A DNA stretch of 63,915 nucleotides, from assembly GCA_051294375.1 (NCBI GenBank), contig CM119270.1, positions 20,916,417 to 20,980,331 on the forward strand, given 5' to 3'. The position numbers and the translations under genes were made by a program. Of this stretch, positions 12,399-23,400 are shown piece by piece. Origin of the DNA: Paraspadella gotoi. Lineage: Eukaryota > Animalia > Chaetognatha. Numbering within the stretch: the first letter of the stretch is position 1; every line of letters begins with the position of its first letter. A model generated the notes under the pieces. The model did no database searches and was not told the DNA's origin. It saw only the letters and a list, made by a program, of their open reading frames with translations.

Positions 12399-14378
12399 TT
12401 GAACTTCGTTCACGAGGTTCGTCAACATCCGGCGAAGACTCACGTCGCTCGCGGACAAATGAACGTGATGAGCGTGAGAGAAGAAGACGTGAGGGAAATC
12501 AATTTGGGCGGAGTGAAGAAACCGGAGACTGGATCCAGTGAGTTGTGATAAAGGGGGGGGAAGGATGTGGTGATTGAGGATTTTATGAGTGATTGGTGAT
12601 TGATTAATTATTATTGGTGATTGATTCTTGGAAATCGAGGTTTTTAATTTTGAATCACGACCGGTTGTTCCCGCTGTTTCAAAATTATTCATTTTGAGAT
12701 CGGCCCTTCTCACTTATTTAGTACTATATGAATATTTAATTTTAAGGGTTTGGAATATGGCTAATATTTATTATTAATAAGTAAGGATTTAGTCAGATAT
12801 TTGGTTAAGGTTTAGAGATAAGGTTAGGGATAAAGTTTTAGAATTTGGAAAAAAAAAACGATAAATAATTAGGGTTAAAATAAAATATAAATTTGGATTA
12901 AATATAAGTCAAGGAATTATGATATAGTAACCGAAACAGGGCGCTTTTGAAACAAAGAGCCGGCTGAAGCGTCGGTATATTTCTGTCTCCCCTCATCATT
13001 GAAACGCTTCAACTTACCCGCCCTTACCTCACCCTTCCCTCACCCCATTTCAAAGAAGCGACGGCCTCCGTCCTGACTCTCGTCGGAGTAGCCTTCGCCG
13101 TCATCGTCTTTATCTTCGTCGTCATTCGTCTTCGATCGTCGCGAGGCGGCGCCACCGGAAACGACGCCGTCGATCGCGGCGTCATCGGCGGCGACGATTA
13201 TCATTGGGTCGACGAGTTGAACATCATCGTCAATCCCTTGGAGGAGCAAGTGAGGAGTGAGGGGGTTCGCTGGAGCGGGAGAGAGAGAGAGAGTTGGCTG
13301 GAGTTAAGGGGTGGAGATGTGCTGTAGTTAAGGTTAGGACGTGCTGTAGTAATGACTAGGGGGATTAACTCGGGCTTTGTCGGGATGGAGAAGGAGGGGG
13401 TTTTGCTGGAGAAAGAAGGTAGGGCAGCGAGAAGGAGCTTTGCTTGAGTGGGTCTTTAGTTGATGCGGTTTTCTGGAGTGAGATTGATGTTGAAGGTAGA
13501 TCAGGTTTTAAGTATTTGGATTTGAAGAAAATAAAAGGTTATTTTTATTGTATCGAGTTACTGTATTTTTTTTTCTTTTTAAGTTGGGGCGCACTTGAAA
13601 TAATTTTGGAAGGAACTTTGAGGTTAATCTATTCAATTAGTACTAGCTTTTCAATATATCCCTTTATTAATTCTTAATTTTTAATTCTTAATTCTCAATT
13701 CGACTCATCATCTAATCCTCTATAATCAATAATCTGATCTCAGGGCAAAAGCGGTTCCCTCGACGACGAAGACCAAGAGTCTCCTTTGAGAGAAGACCTC
13801 AGCGAAGACTTTTCAGACTCGGACAGAGAACTTGACTTGGAACAAGGAGAGGGCGAGGTAAGTTCCAAGAGGACAAATCCTTAATTGGTTGAAAGAAGGA
13901 AGAAAGTGATTCGAGAAGCTGTAAAGCTGGAAAGTCATCAAGTTTAATTGGGGTGAGACAAAAGATGAAAGTCAGAATCTGTGCTGAATATTATTTATAA
14001 AATGTTTAGAAACTTCAATTTTATTTTATTCTTTATTTTGTTTTCATTTTATTTCTCTTCTTCTATAGTTTTTTTTTTTGCTTTGTTTTAGTATTTTAAA
14101 ATATGTAATTTAATTGATTAAATATTTTGAATAACAGACGGACAGACCGAAAAAAAGGGTTTATTGAGTCGCCACCCCTTCCTTTTTTCCACCACCCCCC
14201 CCTTCCCCCTTCCTCACCCCCCTTCCCCCCATCCCCCAACCACCAACCCCCTCTTCTCCTCAAAGGATTTCTCACGACGAAGACGACGACGTCCCTGGCG
14301 TCGCCGTCACTTCCGGTTCGAAACGTCAAAGAACTTCGAAGTTGTCGCGGACTCGAGTGGGACGACTCCACCATCTAA
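12399..14378 (+). CDS. CLSTN: Calsyntenin (cadherin-related type I membrane protein), 3' part; exons 12399-12537, 13056-13249, 13744-13857, ~14266-14378
   Basis: GT-AG exons translate to LNFVHEVRQHPA..., then TM TASVLTLVGVAFAVIVFIFVVIRLR, then DYHWVDELNIIVNPLEEQ, an acidic tract (DDEDQESPLREDLSEDFSDSDRE) and GLEWDDSTI*. This matches the calsyntenin tail pattern (MDWDDSALTITVNPME...acidic...QLEWDDSTLSY). The last-exon phase is unresolved. Confidence 0.85.
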
Positions 14379-14610
14379 TGGAGCTCTTTGGTGGAGCAGG
14401 GGATGTCCGCTACAGCTATCGGTGGAACGACTTTCTCTCTCTGGATGATGGAGAGACTATTTCGCGTCTTGATGGAGTTTAAACTACAGCATCCGACGAT
14501 TTGAAGCTAATTCCAACGTCAAAACGACGACAACAACAACAACAACAACAAAAATGGCAATCATCGTTTTTTTTTTAATCGCTTTTTTTTAATTTTTATT
14601 ATCTCTGTCA

Positions 14611-14653
<43 letters not shown>

Positions 14654-16698
14654 CCTCCCTCCCTCTGCGACACGGCCCAACTTTTTTCCTGTTCCCACCC
14701 TTAACTTACCAATCCGCGGTTCTACTTTCCCTTCGCTGTCTACTTTCCACTTTCAAACTCGCGGTCTACTTTCCATCCTCAGTTTCTTTCTCTCTTTCTT
14801 TTCCACTCGGGGCTCAACTTTCCATCGCAACAATCTTTTCTTTCCGCACCGATGGGCTTTTCTTTCAACTCCCGAGGCTTTAGTTTCTCTTTCGTCGATG
14901 TCGACTAAGGCTCATCTTTCCAACTTTCATCGTCGTCGTCGTCGTCGTCGCTTCTTCTTTTTGATTGGATGCCGAAGATTTAGACGCGATCGTTGATTGG
15001 TCGATAGTGTGTGATTGATTGCGCGGTGATAGTCAACTGTGCAGTCAACCAATCTGTCAACCAAGCTGTCAGCAAAGTCAACGATTGCATCCTTATCTTC
15101 TCTCTGATCCACTTCTTAATTTTCTTTGTTTTCTTATCCTCGTTTTCACTTCACTTTTGATTTTTCAATGTTATTTTTTTTGTTCTCATTTCTTAGAATT
15201 GAACCGCTGCCGTCTCTCCGGGTGCTGACCAATGAAATGTATTTATATAGAAACAAGGAAAACAATCCCAATTTGCTTGGTTGGCCGCTTGAAAAAAAAA
15301 GAATCAAAAAATGACATCCATTAATTAATCCCGTCAATTAATCATTAGAATCAATTTAGCTTTTTACCCTATTTTATAAGAAAGAGATTGATCATTCTTG
15401 TACACACAGCATTTTTTGATGAAGGTTTCCTTTCAATTCAAAATTATTAGAATCATTCAATTTGGAGAAAAATATCATAGAACTAAATATTTTTTAGTTT
15501 GTTAGAATTTTTTTTTTTATTGTTTGATATATTTAAAACATTCCAACTAAAATATGGAGAAAGTTTGTTTTTTTTAAATATCTCAGTACTCGCTGTAACA
15601 ACAAAAAAAATGCCCAAAAAAGTATTTAATTTTTTTTTTTATATAAAGTGGAGATGTTTTTGTCCAACATTAGTGGTTAGTCATTACCTAATATTTTTAA
15701 TTTGATTTTCCGTGTAAAGTGATCCAGTCACACATCGTGTTATATGCAACAATAAAGTTGTGAATGACTATTAGTTAAAAATAGTCAGCGGTGAACGATT
15801 CACTATTGAGCCGACGCTGAATGATATGAAAATTTGTACCATAAATTTCATTTGAAGTCACCCTTACGTCGAAATAAAAAAGAAAATCGCACATAATTCG
15901 GATTTTTTGTTTGTTAAAAAAAAACAGGCCCGAATTTTAAAATTGTCGTTTTTCCTTCATTTTTCATTGTTTCTTATGTATGGCTAAAATGGGTCATTTT
16001 TATTTTTAGATTCGAATTTGAAATTTTCATTCTGATTTGCTTAAAATCTCAAATTGATTTTAAACCAAGATTTTCAATTCAAACAAGCTTTCCACAATCA
16101 TAAATTTCGAAAATTGTCAAATGAATTCCCGTTTATCTCTTGTTAGTGGGATTTTAAAACTAAAGAACATTTTAAATTGTTTGTGCGCACCTTCTTAATA
16201 TAATCCGATTCATCATTACATGGTGTTTTCTTTAGCTAATGTCCTATTTAATTAGCTCCTTTCGGATTAAGTTGTCAAAGATGAAAAGAAGTGAGAACCC
16301 TCTCCTTTTGTTAGGTAATTGAAATGATATTTAGAATATAAATGAAAAAGCGACCGTTGAATATTTAATTATTGGTAAAATTGTTTAACTTTCGAAAATT
16401 AAATCAAAGATTGCCAGAATATTTTAAACTTATTTTTAATAAGTAAAAGAGGGCAAAGACAAAGTAGCATCGAATCCCTGGATTCAAATTCGATCGCAGC
16501 GACACGGCGAGTCTTTTTTCTTCACTAACGAAAGAGCATTAAATCGCCGGCTTACCGATGTCAATCGATTTAGTCAAGTCGCCGCCGACAACGACGACGC
16601 CGACGACGACGCCGAGGCCCTCTCTCGGTCGAGAAAGATGAGCCGAGAAGGGGACGTCTCATCCACTATAACGACAACAACAACGACGACATTTTCCG

Positions 16699-16819
16699 AT
16701 GGCAACTTTCAAGGGACACCGCAGCGCCTCTGGCTCAATGTCTCTGCCGATCATTCAACCGCTTTTCAAAAAGGATTTTTACCAAGAACTGGAGGACGAC
16801 GAAATAGGTAAGGGAATGA

Positions 16820-16858
<39 letters not shown>

Positions 16859-17825
16859 CTGGTCATCTCCCACCTACTTCTCTACTCTCTCTCCTCTCGT
16901 CGGTCGTCTCTCTCATACCTCGCTCTCTCATACCTTCCTTTATTTGTGACATGACGTTTTCATTTTTTTTTTAAACATAATTCAATTTATTTATGTATAT
17001 TAGCAGCTTTTAATATTTCTAAATCATTGACCTTTTGTTCACTCAACCCGCTTTATCGCTTCCCACTTATTCCGCCAGAGGCGTTGAACGGAATGAAGAA
17101 ACAAAGGAGCGTCTTTCCTCCGCTTTGGACCCGCGAAGAAGTGAGCGGCAATGAGGCCCAAGGTATTGTAGCGGGCTTTGTCGAGGTTTCAGCCCGCAAA
17201 TTAATCCTCGCTCATGACCAATAGGTACTGGATTCAATCCCAACCGAGTACCTACCCTTAGGGAAACGTGAAGACGGCCGTAAGCCGCCATGTGGGCGTG
17301 GCGACCCCCCAAAGCGTGGTTCCAAGCCGAGGACCCATTTGACAACCTCCTTAGCGCCTTATCCACAGTAATAACACAGCTTTCAATCAAGACTCACTCA
17401 CGATTGTATGTTTCCCCCCCCCCAACGACCTCTAGACATCCCATCGACGACGAACGCGTCCCCCTCCGCACAGACGACGACACCAGCGACCCCAACGAGC
17501 CCGCTTACGGACCCAGTGCCCGCAGCCCCGCGGCGGCCGCGGCGGACCGGCGGCCGCGGCGACCCGGCGGCCGCGGCGGACCCGCGCTCCAAGGGCGACC
17601 CAGCCGCGCCTCCCGGGCGGACCCGAATCGATCGGTCAAGTCTTGGCGAAGACTCGAACGCGTTGGACGACAACAACCACGCCAGCGACGGGGAAGAGGA
17701 AGAGGAAAAGGTCGAGGAAGAAGACGACGGAGAAACAAAGGCTTTTAAGACGAGTTTCCATTGGGCGTCGATGGGCGTCAAGTGGGCGTTGCTCGTTTGC
17801 GCCATCGCGTCCGTGGCGTGAGTTG

Positions 17826-17877
<52 letters not shown>

Positions 17878-20591
17878 TTTAAATTTTATATCCAATTCTA
17901 ATTACGATTCTAATTTGACTTCTAATTCTAATTCCAGTGGTAATCAAAATCCTAATTCCAATTATAAATCTAATTCTAATCATGACACAACTAGGCTACC
18001 TGCGGTATCAATCCCAACCGAGTACCTACCCTTAGGGAAACGTTGAAGACGGCCGTAAGCCGCCTGTTGTGGGCGTGGCGACCCCCCAAAGCGTGGTCCA
18101 AGCCGAGGACCCATTTGACTAACCTCCTTAGCGCCTTATCCACAGTAATAACACAGCTTTCCATCAAAGACTCACTCACGATTGTATGTTCCCCCCCCCC
18201 CCAACGACCTCTTGACATCCCCATCGACGACGAACGCGTCCCCCTCACGCACAGGACGACGACACCAGCGACCCCAACGCAGCGCCGCTTACGACCCAGT
18301 GGCCCGGCACCGGCCCCGCGGCGCGGCCGCGGCGGACCCGGCGGCCGCCGCGCGGACCCCGGCTCCAAGGGCGACCCAGCCGCGCCTCCCGGCGGCGGGG
18401 ACCCGAATCGATCGGTCAAGTCTGGCGAAACTCGAACGCGAGTTGGACGACAACAACCACGCACAGCGACGGGGAAGAGGAAGAAGGAAAAGGTCGAGGA
18501 AGAAGACGACGGAGAAACAAAGCTTTTAAGACGAGTTTCCATTGGGCGTCGATGGGCGTCAAGTGGGCGTTGCTCGTTTGCGCCATCGCGTCCCGTGGCG
18601 TGAGTTGTGGAGAGAGAGAGAGAGATGAGAGAGGAGGAGAGAGAGGAAGAGAGATGAGCAAGAGAGAGAGAAGAAGAGAGAGCAGAGAGAGACGATGAGA
18701 GAGAGAGAGTACGAGAGATGAGAGAGAGCATGAGCAGAAGATTAGAGAGAGAGAGAGCAGATGGATTAAATTTTATATCCAATTCTAATTACGATTCTAA
18801 TTTGACTTCTAATTCTAATTCCCAGTGGTAATCAAAATCCTTAATTCCAATTATAAATCTAATTCTAAATGTAATTTCAGTTAAATTCTAATCTTAATTC
18901 TCAATATTTCAATTCTATTTTTAATTTAAATATAATTTCAGTATTCAAATTATAAAGTCAATTTCTAATTTCAATTCTAATTCGTGAATTCNNNNNNNNN
19001 NNNNNNNNNNNNNNNNAATACCTATTGGTCATTCCATCAAGATGACATCTTCTAATTTATCATATGTGTTTTATTATTTTATATTTTTTGATTTTTTTCA
19101 AAGATTTGCTTCTGAAGCGACGCCCGACATAGAAATCGAAGATTGCGGATATTACAATAGACCATGTAATGTTTAATAATGTAACATATTATATCGTGAA
19201 TCAACCAATCAATTTAGCAATCAAACCTCAATAAATCAATACTTCCCCCCCCCAGCTTACGCGAGCGCCTTTATATTCCTAATCATCGCCGAGATGATCG
19301 CTCTCATTTGGTCGCTGGCTTATCAACAGCTTCATCAACTGCAAGAATGGCTTCAGGCGAGACTGTTGAAGCTTTGGGTTTTACCGTTATCGATTTTTTG
19401 GCCCTTTTGGCGATTTGGTTAACCCAAAACGCCCCTTTTCATTTTATATTCGGAATTAAGTTAATTTTTAGATTTAAAGATAAAGTTAGAAATTGTGGTT
19501 AAGCCTTAGGGTTGAGAATCGGTTAATTGATTTAGGTTAGGGATTAGTTAATTAATTTGGGATAGGGATTAGGATTAAAGGTGAAGATTGGGATAAGGAT
19601 TGGGTTAGAGATTGGGGTTTGAGATTGGGTTTGAGATAGGGGTTTAAGATTGGGTTTTAAGTTTGCAATCAGATTAGGGTTAAAATAGGGTTTATATTCA
19701 ATTCAGGTATTGAATATAAACCCCACTTCCTCTCTCTCCCTCCCTCCTTCACCAGGCCCCTCAACGCCTGATGGACTGGATTCTCTGCCTGATCTTCTTC
19801 CTCCTCCACGTCATCGCTGTCGTCTGCTTCACAGTTTGGGTCAACGACAATCTCTCCTTCAACCTTCGTCTCTGTCAAATTCGTCCCGTTCCCGAAAACG
19901 ATTGCCTCACTCGGGAGAATTGCGAGATTCTCAAGGTGTCGATGGGTCGATGGGTTTTAGCTGTTCAATCTCCGAGACGAGGATACCGTCGATTTTTTTT
20001 TTTTGCCGACTGTGAAGGACGAATTGACTTCAAGTCGAGTCTAAGAACTTCGGAACTGACAGTGGTGCCGCAACTACTTGCATAAAGGACATAAACGTGA
20101 AAGCCTTGGGGTTGTAGAGAGCAGATGCAGTCTTCTGGGAATGTGACTCGATAGGCAGAGTAAACATAGTCGACATTCTACTTCGAATTTGATAGTAACC
20201 TAATCTTGTGGCGGAAGTATTAAGCCTGGCGATTTTCCGAAACTTTCGAGCCGGCTTGCCGGGTCGATTAACCCAGCTGCCCGCTGCCACCTATTTCACA
20301 ATCTTCAAGTCTCGAATTCATCTTTTATAGGAAATTGAAAACAATAAAACAATTTTCTGTCCAATTCATCCAATATTTTTTTTCTTCATTTTAATCAATT
20401 TTTATTTAATTTTAAACAATCCTATTTCTCAGGACATGCACGCCATGGCCGTCGGTGCAATCTTCTTTGCCACGATTGCTCTTTTGATGCTCATCTTTGC
20501 TCTATGCGCTCTCTCCTTCCTCATCTATCGGACGACGGGGAAAACTCAAGAAGCCAAAGAATTGTATCAGAAAATGAAAGAATCGGAATGA
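16699..20591 (+). CDS. MARVEL-domain four-TM protein, synaptophysin/synaptoporin-like; exons ~16699-16807, 17079-17140, 17225-17279, 17369-17817, 19104-19165, 19256-19356, 19756-19935, 20433-20591
   Basis: Phase-compatible splice sites give four hydrophobic helices: GVKWALLVCAIASVA, SAFIFLIIAEMIALIWSLAY, LMDWILCLIFFLLHVIAVVCF, AVGAIFFATIALLMLIFALCALSFLIYRTTG. There is a Cys-containing second loop, and similarity to synaptophysin PMLDFL and WFVFKETG. AATAAA at ~20734. The 5' exons are less certain, and exon 4 needs a frameshift (likely sequence error). Confidence 0.65.
17234..18868. repeat. Tandem ~750-bp duplication (17234-17980 repeated at 18008-18868) covering exons 3-4 of the MARVEL gene
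   Basis: Near-identical sequence with many single-base indels in the second copy, next to an N-gap at 18992-19016. Confidence 0.9.
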
Positions 20592-21089
20592 ACAAAAGGG
20601 AATCGATGTTTTTTTTGCGGTCGTGGAATTTGGCCTTTTGGTGCCAATGGCGATTTCTTACTCTTTTTACAATTGATTTTTGAATTTTCGCTATTTCGTA
20701 TAATTTTTTTGTTTGTATGAGTGAATTTATTTGAATAAACAATAATGTCAACGCGATGTTCTGTTGATGTTCTGTTGATGTTCTGTTGATGTTCGGGAGT
20801 TTTCTTGTCGCTTGTGACAATGTAATATAATGTAATGTAATGTAATCAAAGCAACAGAAAGGAAATAAATTAACAAAAAGGCTACTGTATTGACCGAGAT
20901 GATAGAAGGGCGTGGTGCCTCTACGTAATGTGGATAGCGCCCCCACTCAGCGTGCCCAGTGGATCTTGGAGATTTTTCGGACGGTTGCTTTGCTCGGCGA
21001 AACTCCGGATCCGGCGGGAGGCTTGCTTCCGCTCGGATCAATAAGCCCGTGACTTTTTTTCGCAGAAGACCCTTCCGACCAGGGACCCT

Positions 21090-21815
21090 GGAGGGTTCGT
21101 GGAGGGTTTTCCGGAGGGTTTCAGGACGGGTTTCGGAGGGTTTCGGAGGGGTTTTCGGGGGGCGGAGTGGAAGAGTATCGGAGGTGTTCCGAGAGGGTTT
21201 CGGATATTAGGTCGGAGGGACTTTTCGGAGGTTCGGGGGTTTTCGGAGGGTTCGGTCAGGGTTTCGTTGTGGTGGAAGGGTTGGTTTCAGGTCGGAGCGT
21301 CTCCGCGGGCGACGAGGGCGTTCGGGGTTCCGAGGTCGGAGTTTAGGCTCGGAGCGGTCGGAGTTTTCGAGGGAACGGAGGGGTTCGAGGGTGGTTGGAG
21401 GGTTCCGTACGGTCACGGAGGGAATTGGAGCTCCAGGCATCCTTGGGAAGTGGTGTTCGGATAGGAGGGCCTGGGTTCGGAGGGCTTCCGGAGGGTTCGA
21501 GTTAGTGGAAAGTGTCGGAGCGGTTTTTCGGGTGAGGGTTTCTCGGAAGGGTTCGAGGGTTCGGAGGAGGGTTTCGAGGGTTTTTCGGAGGGGTTCGAAG
21601 GGTTTCGGTAGGGTTTTGTCGGAGGGTTTCGGAGGGTTTTTTCGGAGGGGTTTCGGAGGGTTCGTGAGGGTTGTTCCGGAGCGGGTTTCGGAGGGTTTTC
21701 GGTTAGGTTCTTTTGGAGGGTTTCGGAGGGTTCGGAGGGTTCGGAAGGGTTTCGGAGGGTTCTGGAGGTTTTTCGGATGGGTTCGGAGTGGTTTCGCGAC
21801 GGGTTTCGGATAGTG
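21090..21815. repeat. G-rich degenerate (GGAGGGTT[T]C)n array; shorter copy at 24275-24375
   Basis: 9-10-bp unit seen directly at two loci. Confidence 0.85.
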
Positions 21816-23049
21816 TCGTTCGGGATGGGTTCGACTAGATGATGTGGGGATCGCGATTCCGGTAGAGCGTAAGGCGAAACACCTGTGATTGGAGCGCCGA
21901 TTTTTTTTTTGAAAGAAACCCGAGAAACCGGGAGCAGCATAGAAAAATATTGTAGAATAAAAGGATTGAACCCGTGAAGCTATAATACACCTCTGACGTG
22001 GTGCTATCCTGGTCATATTTTGTTTTTATTGGTTTAGAATGAAAAGGTATTTAAAGTATTATAAATCTATAGTAACCCCAGTCTCTTTCACTTGATGTTT
22101 CTCTTATTAATAATTTGTTTTTTTTTTTAATATATATTTTTCACATACTAAATTGTTGCTCCTTATTTTTTTTTTAATTCACTTTTCTTATTCTATTCTC
22201 TATTCTATTTATTCTTTTTAATTTTTTTATTCTCTTTTTCCTCTTTGGTCGAGAATCTAATGAAAAAAATTACATATTTATTTTATTTAATTATTCTTTT
22301 TAAAATATATTCAAAATAAAAAATTTTTATTTTTTTTCTTTAAATTTTTTTATTTTTCTTTAAATTTAAGTCTCTTTTTTTAAATCCATACGTTTTCATG
22401 TTACAAACAAGTCTTAAACCAAAAGGATTAATCTGTTTTATTGGCAATATTGCATAATATTATGTTTATTCATACTTAAATCTCTAATACAAACTCTTCT
22501 CTCTATCTCTTTCTTTTTTTCCCTCTTGCAATAAAACAAAAAGCAAATAAAAAAATATATAAAATAAATAAATCAAAATTATACTAAACAAGTTTGAGCA
22601 AAACAATGCCGGATCGTGCCCACGATCATTAGCGGTAATTAATTGATTAATTAATTTTAAAAAAAATTATTTAATTAATTACATATTATTAATTAAAATA
22701 ATAACATCGACATTTTGGGAGCCAAATGAATTTGAACAAAGACGACAACGACGATGAATACAATGACGAAAAACGCGACGAAGTCTTTGTACTTGTGAGC
22801 CGTAGTACAGTAGTGGTCATATAAGAATGACCTGTTTACCCAACTTGTTTATGGCTGACCTTTTTTCTCAGCCAATGTAAATACTAGTTGTTGTTGTTAT
22901 TATTTTTTCATTTTTACTTTTTTACTGTTTTTGAATAATACCAAGGTTTTCTTTATCCAAAAAACACGCCTCAAATTTTTTCTATAAATTTTTGTTTTGA
23001 GTCACCGCAAACATTATAAAAATATTTCAAGTTAATTTAATTTATGAGA

Positions 23050-23177
23050 AAGTAAAGAAGTTTTGAATTTGTAACAACGATTTTTAATTAATAGTTTGGA
23101 CATTTTTGGGCTTGTTTACTTCAAGCCTTCATCAGCATATGACATTCATAATAAATTTGTGTAAAAGAAGAGTGTGT

Positions 23178-23208
<31 letters not shown>

Positions 23209-23400
23209 GGTAAAAGTTTTCCAACAAAGTGGTGAGACAGATGTGAGGACAGGTTGAAGGTAAGGGCAGATTGAGTGAGTTGTGAAAAGAAAGTGAAACT
23301 TGTTAAAGAGAGAGAGAGAGAGAGTGAGAGAGAGAAGAGAGAAACAAAACAACAGGGATAAATAAATAATAAAGATACATTTTTGCAATTGTACAACAAA
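23050..23400 (-). mobile_element. Dispersed repeat, copy 2 of 4440-4770, with a decayed hammerhead at 23095-23141
   Basis: Minus strand reads CUGAUGA-A-GGCUUG(loop)CAAGCC-CAAA-AAUGUC (core GAAA mutated). Same downstream blocks as copy 1. Confidence 0.55.

Noticed and set aside
13040-13249. Minus-strand 69-aa acidic ORF
   Set aside because: It is the antisense shadow of the calsyntenin TM exon.
17525-17605. RGD integrin ligands
   Set aside because: MARVEL N-termini are cytoplasmic and the reading frame is uncertain.
19480-19700. True telomere or fusion site
   Set aside because: Highly degenerate, intronic, and similar to the MITE-internal arrays.
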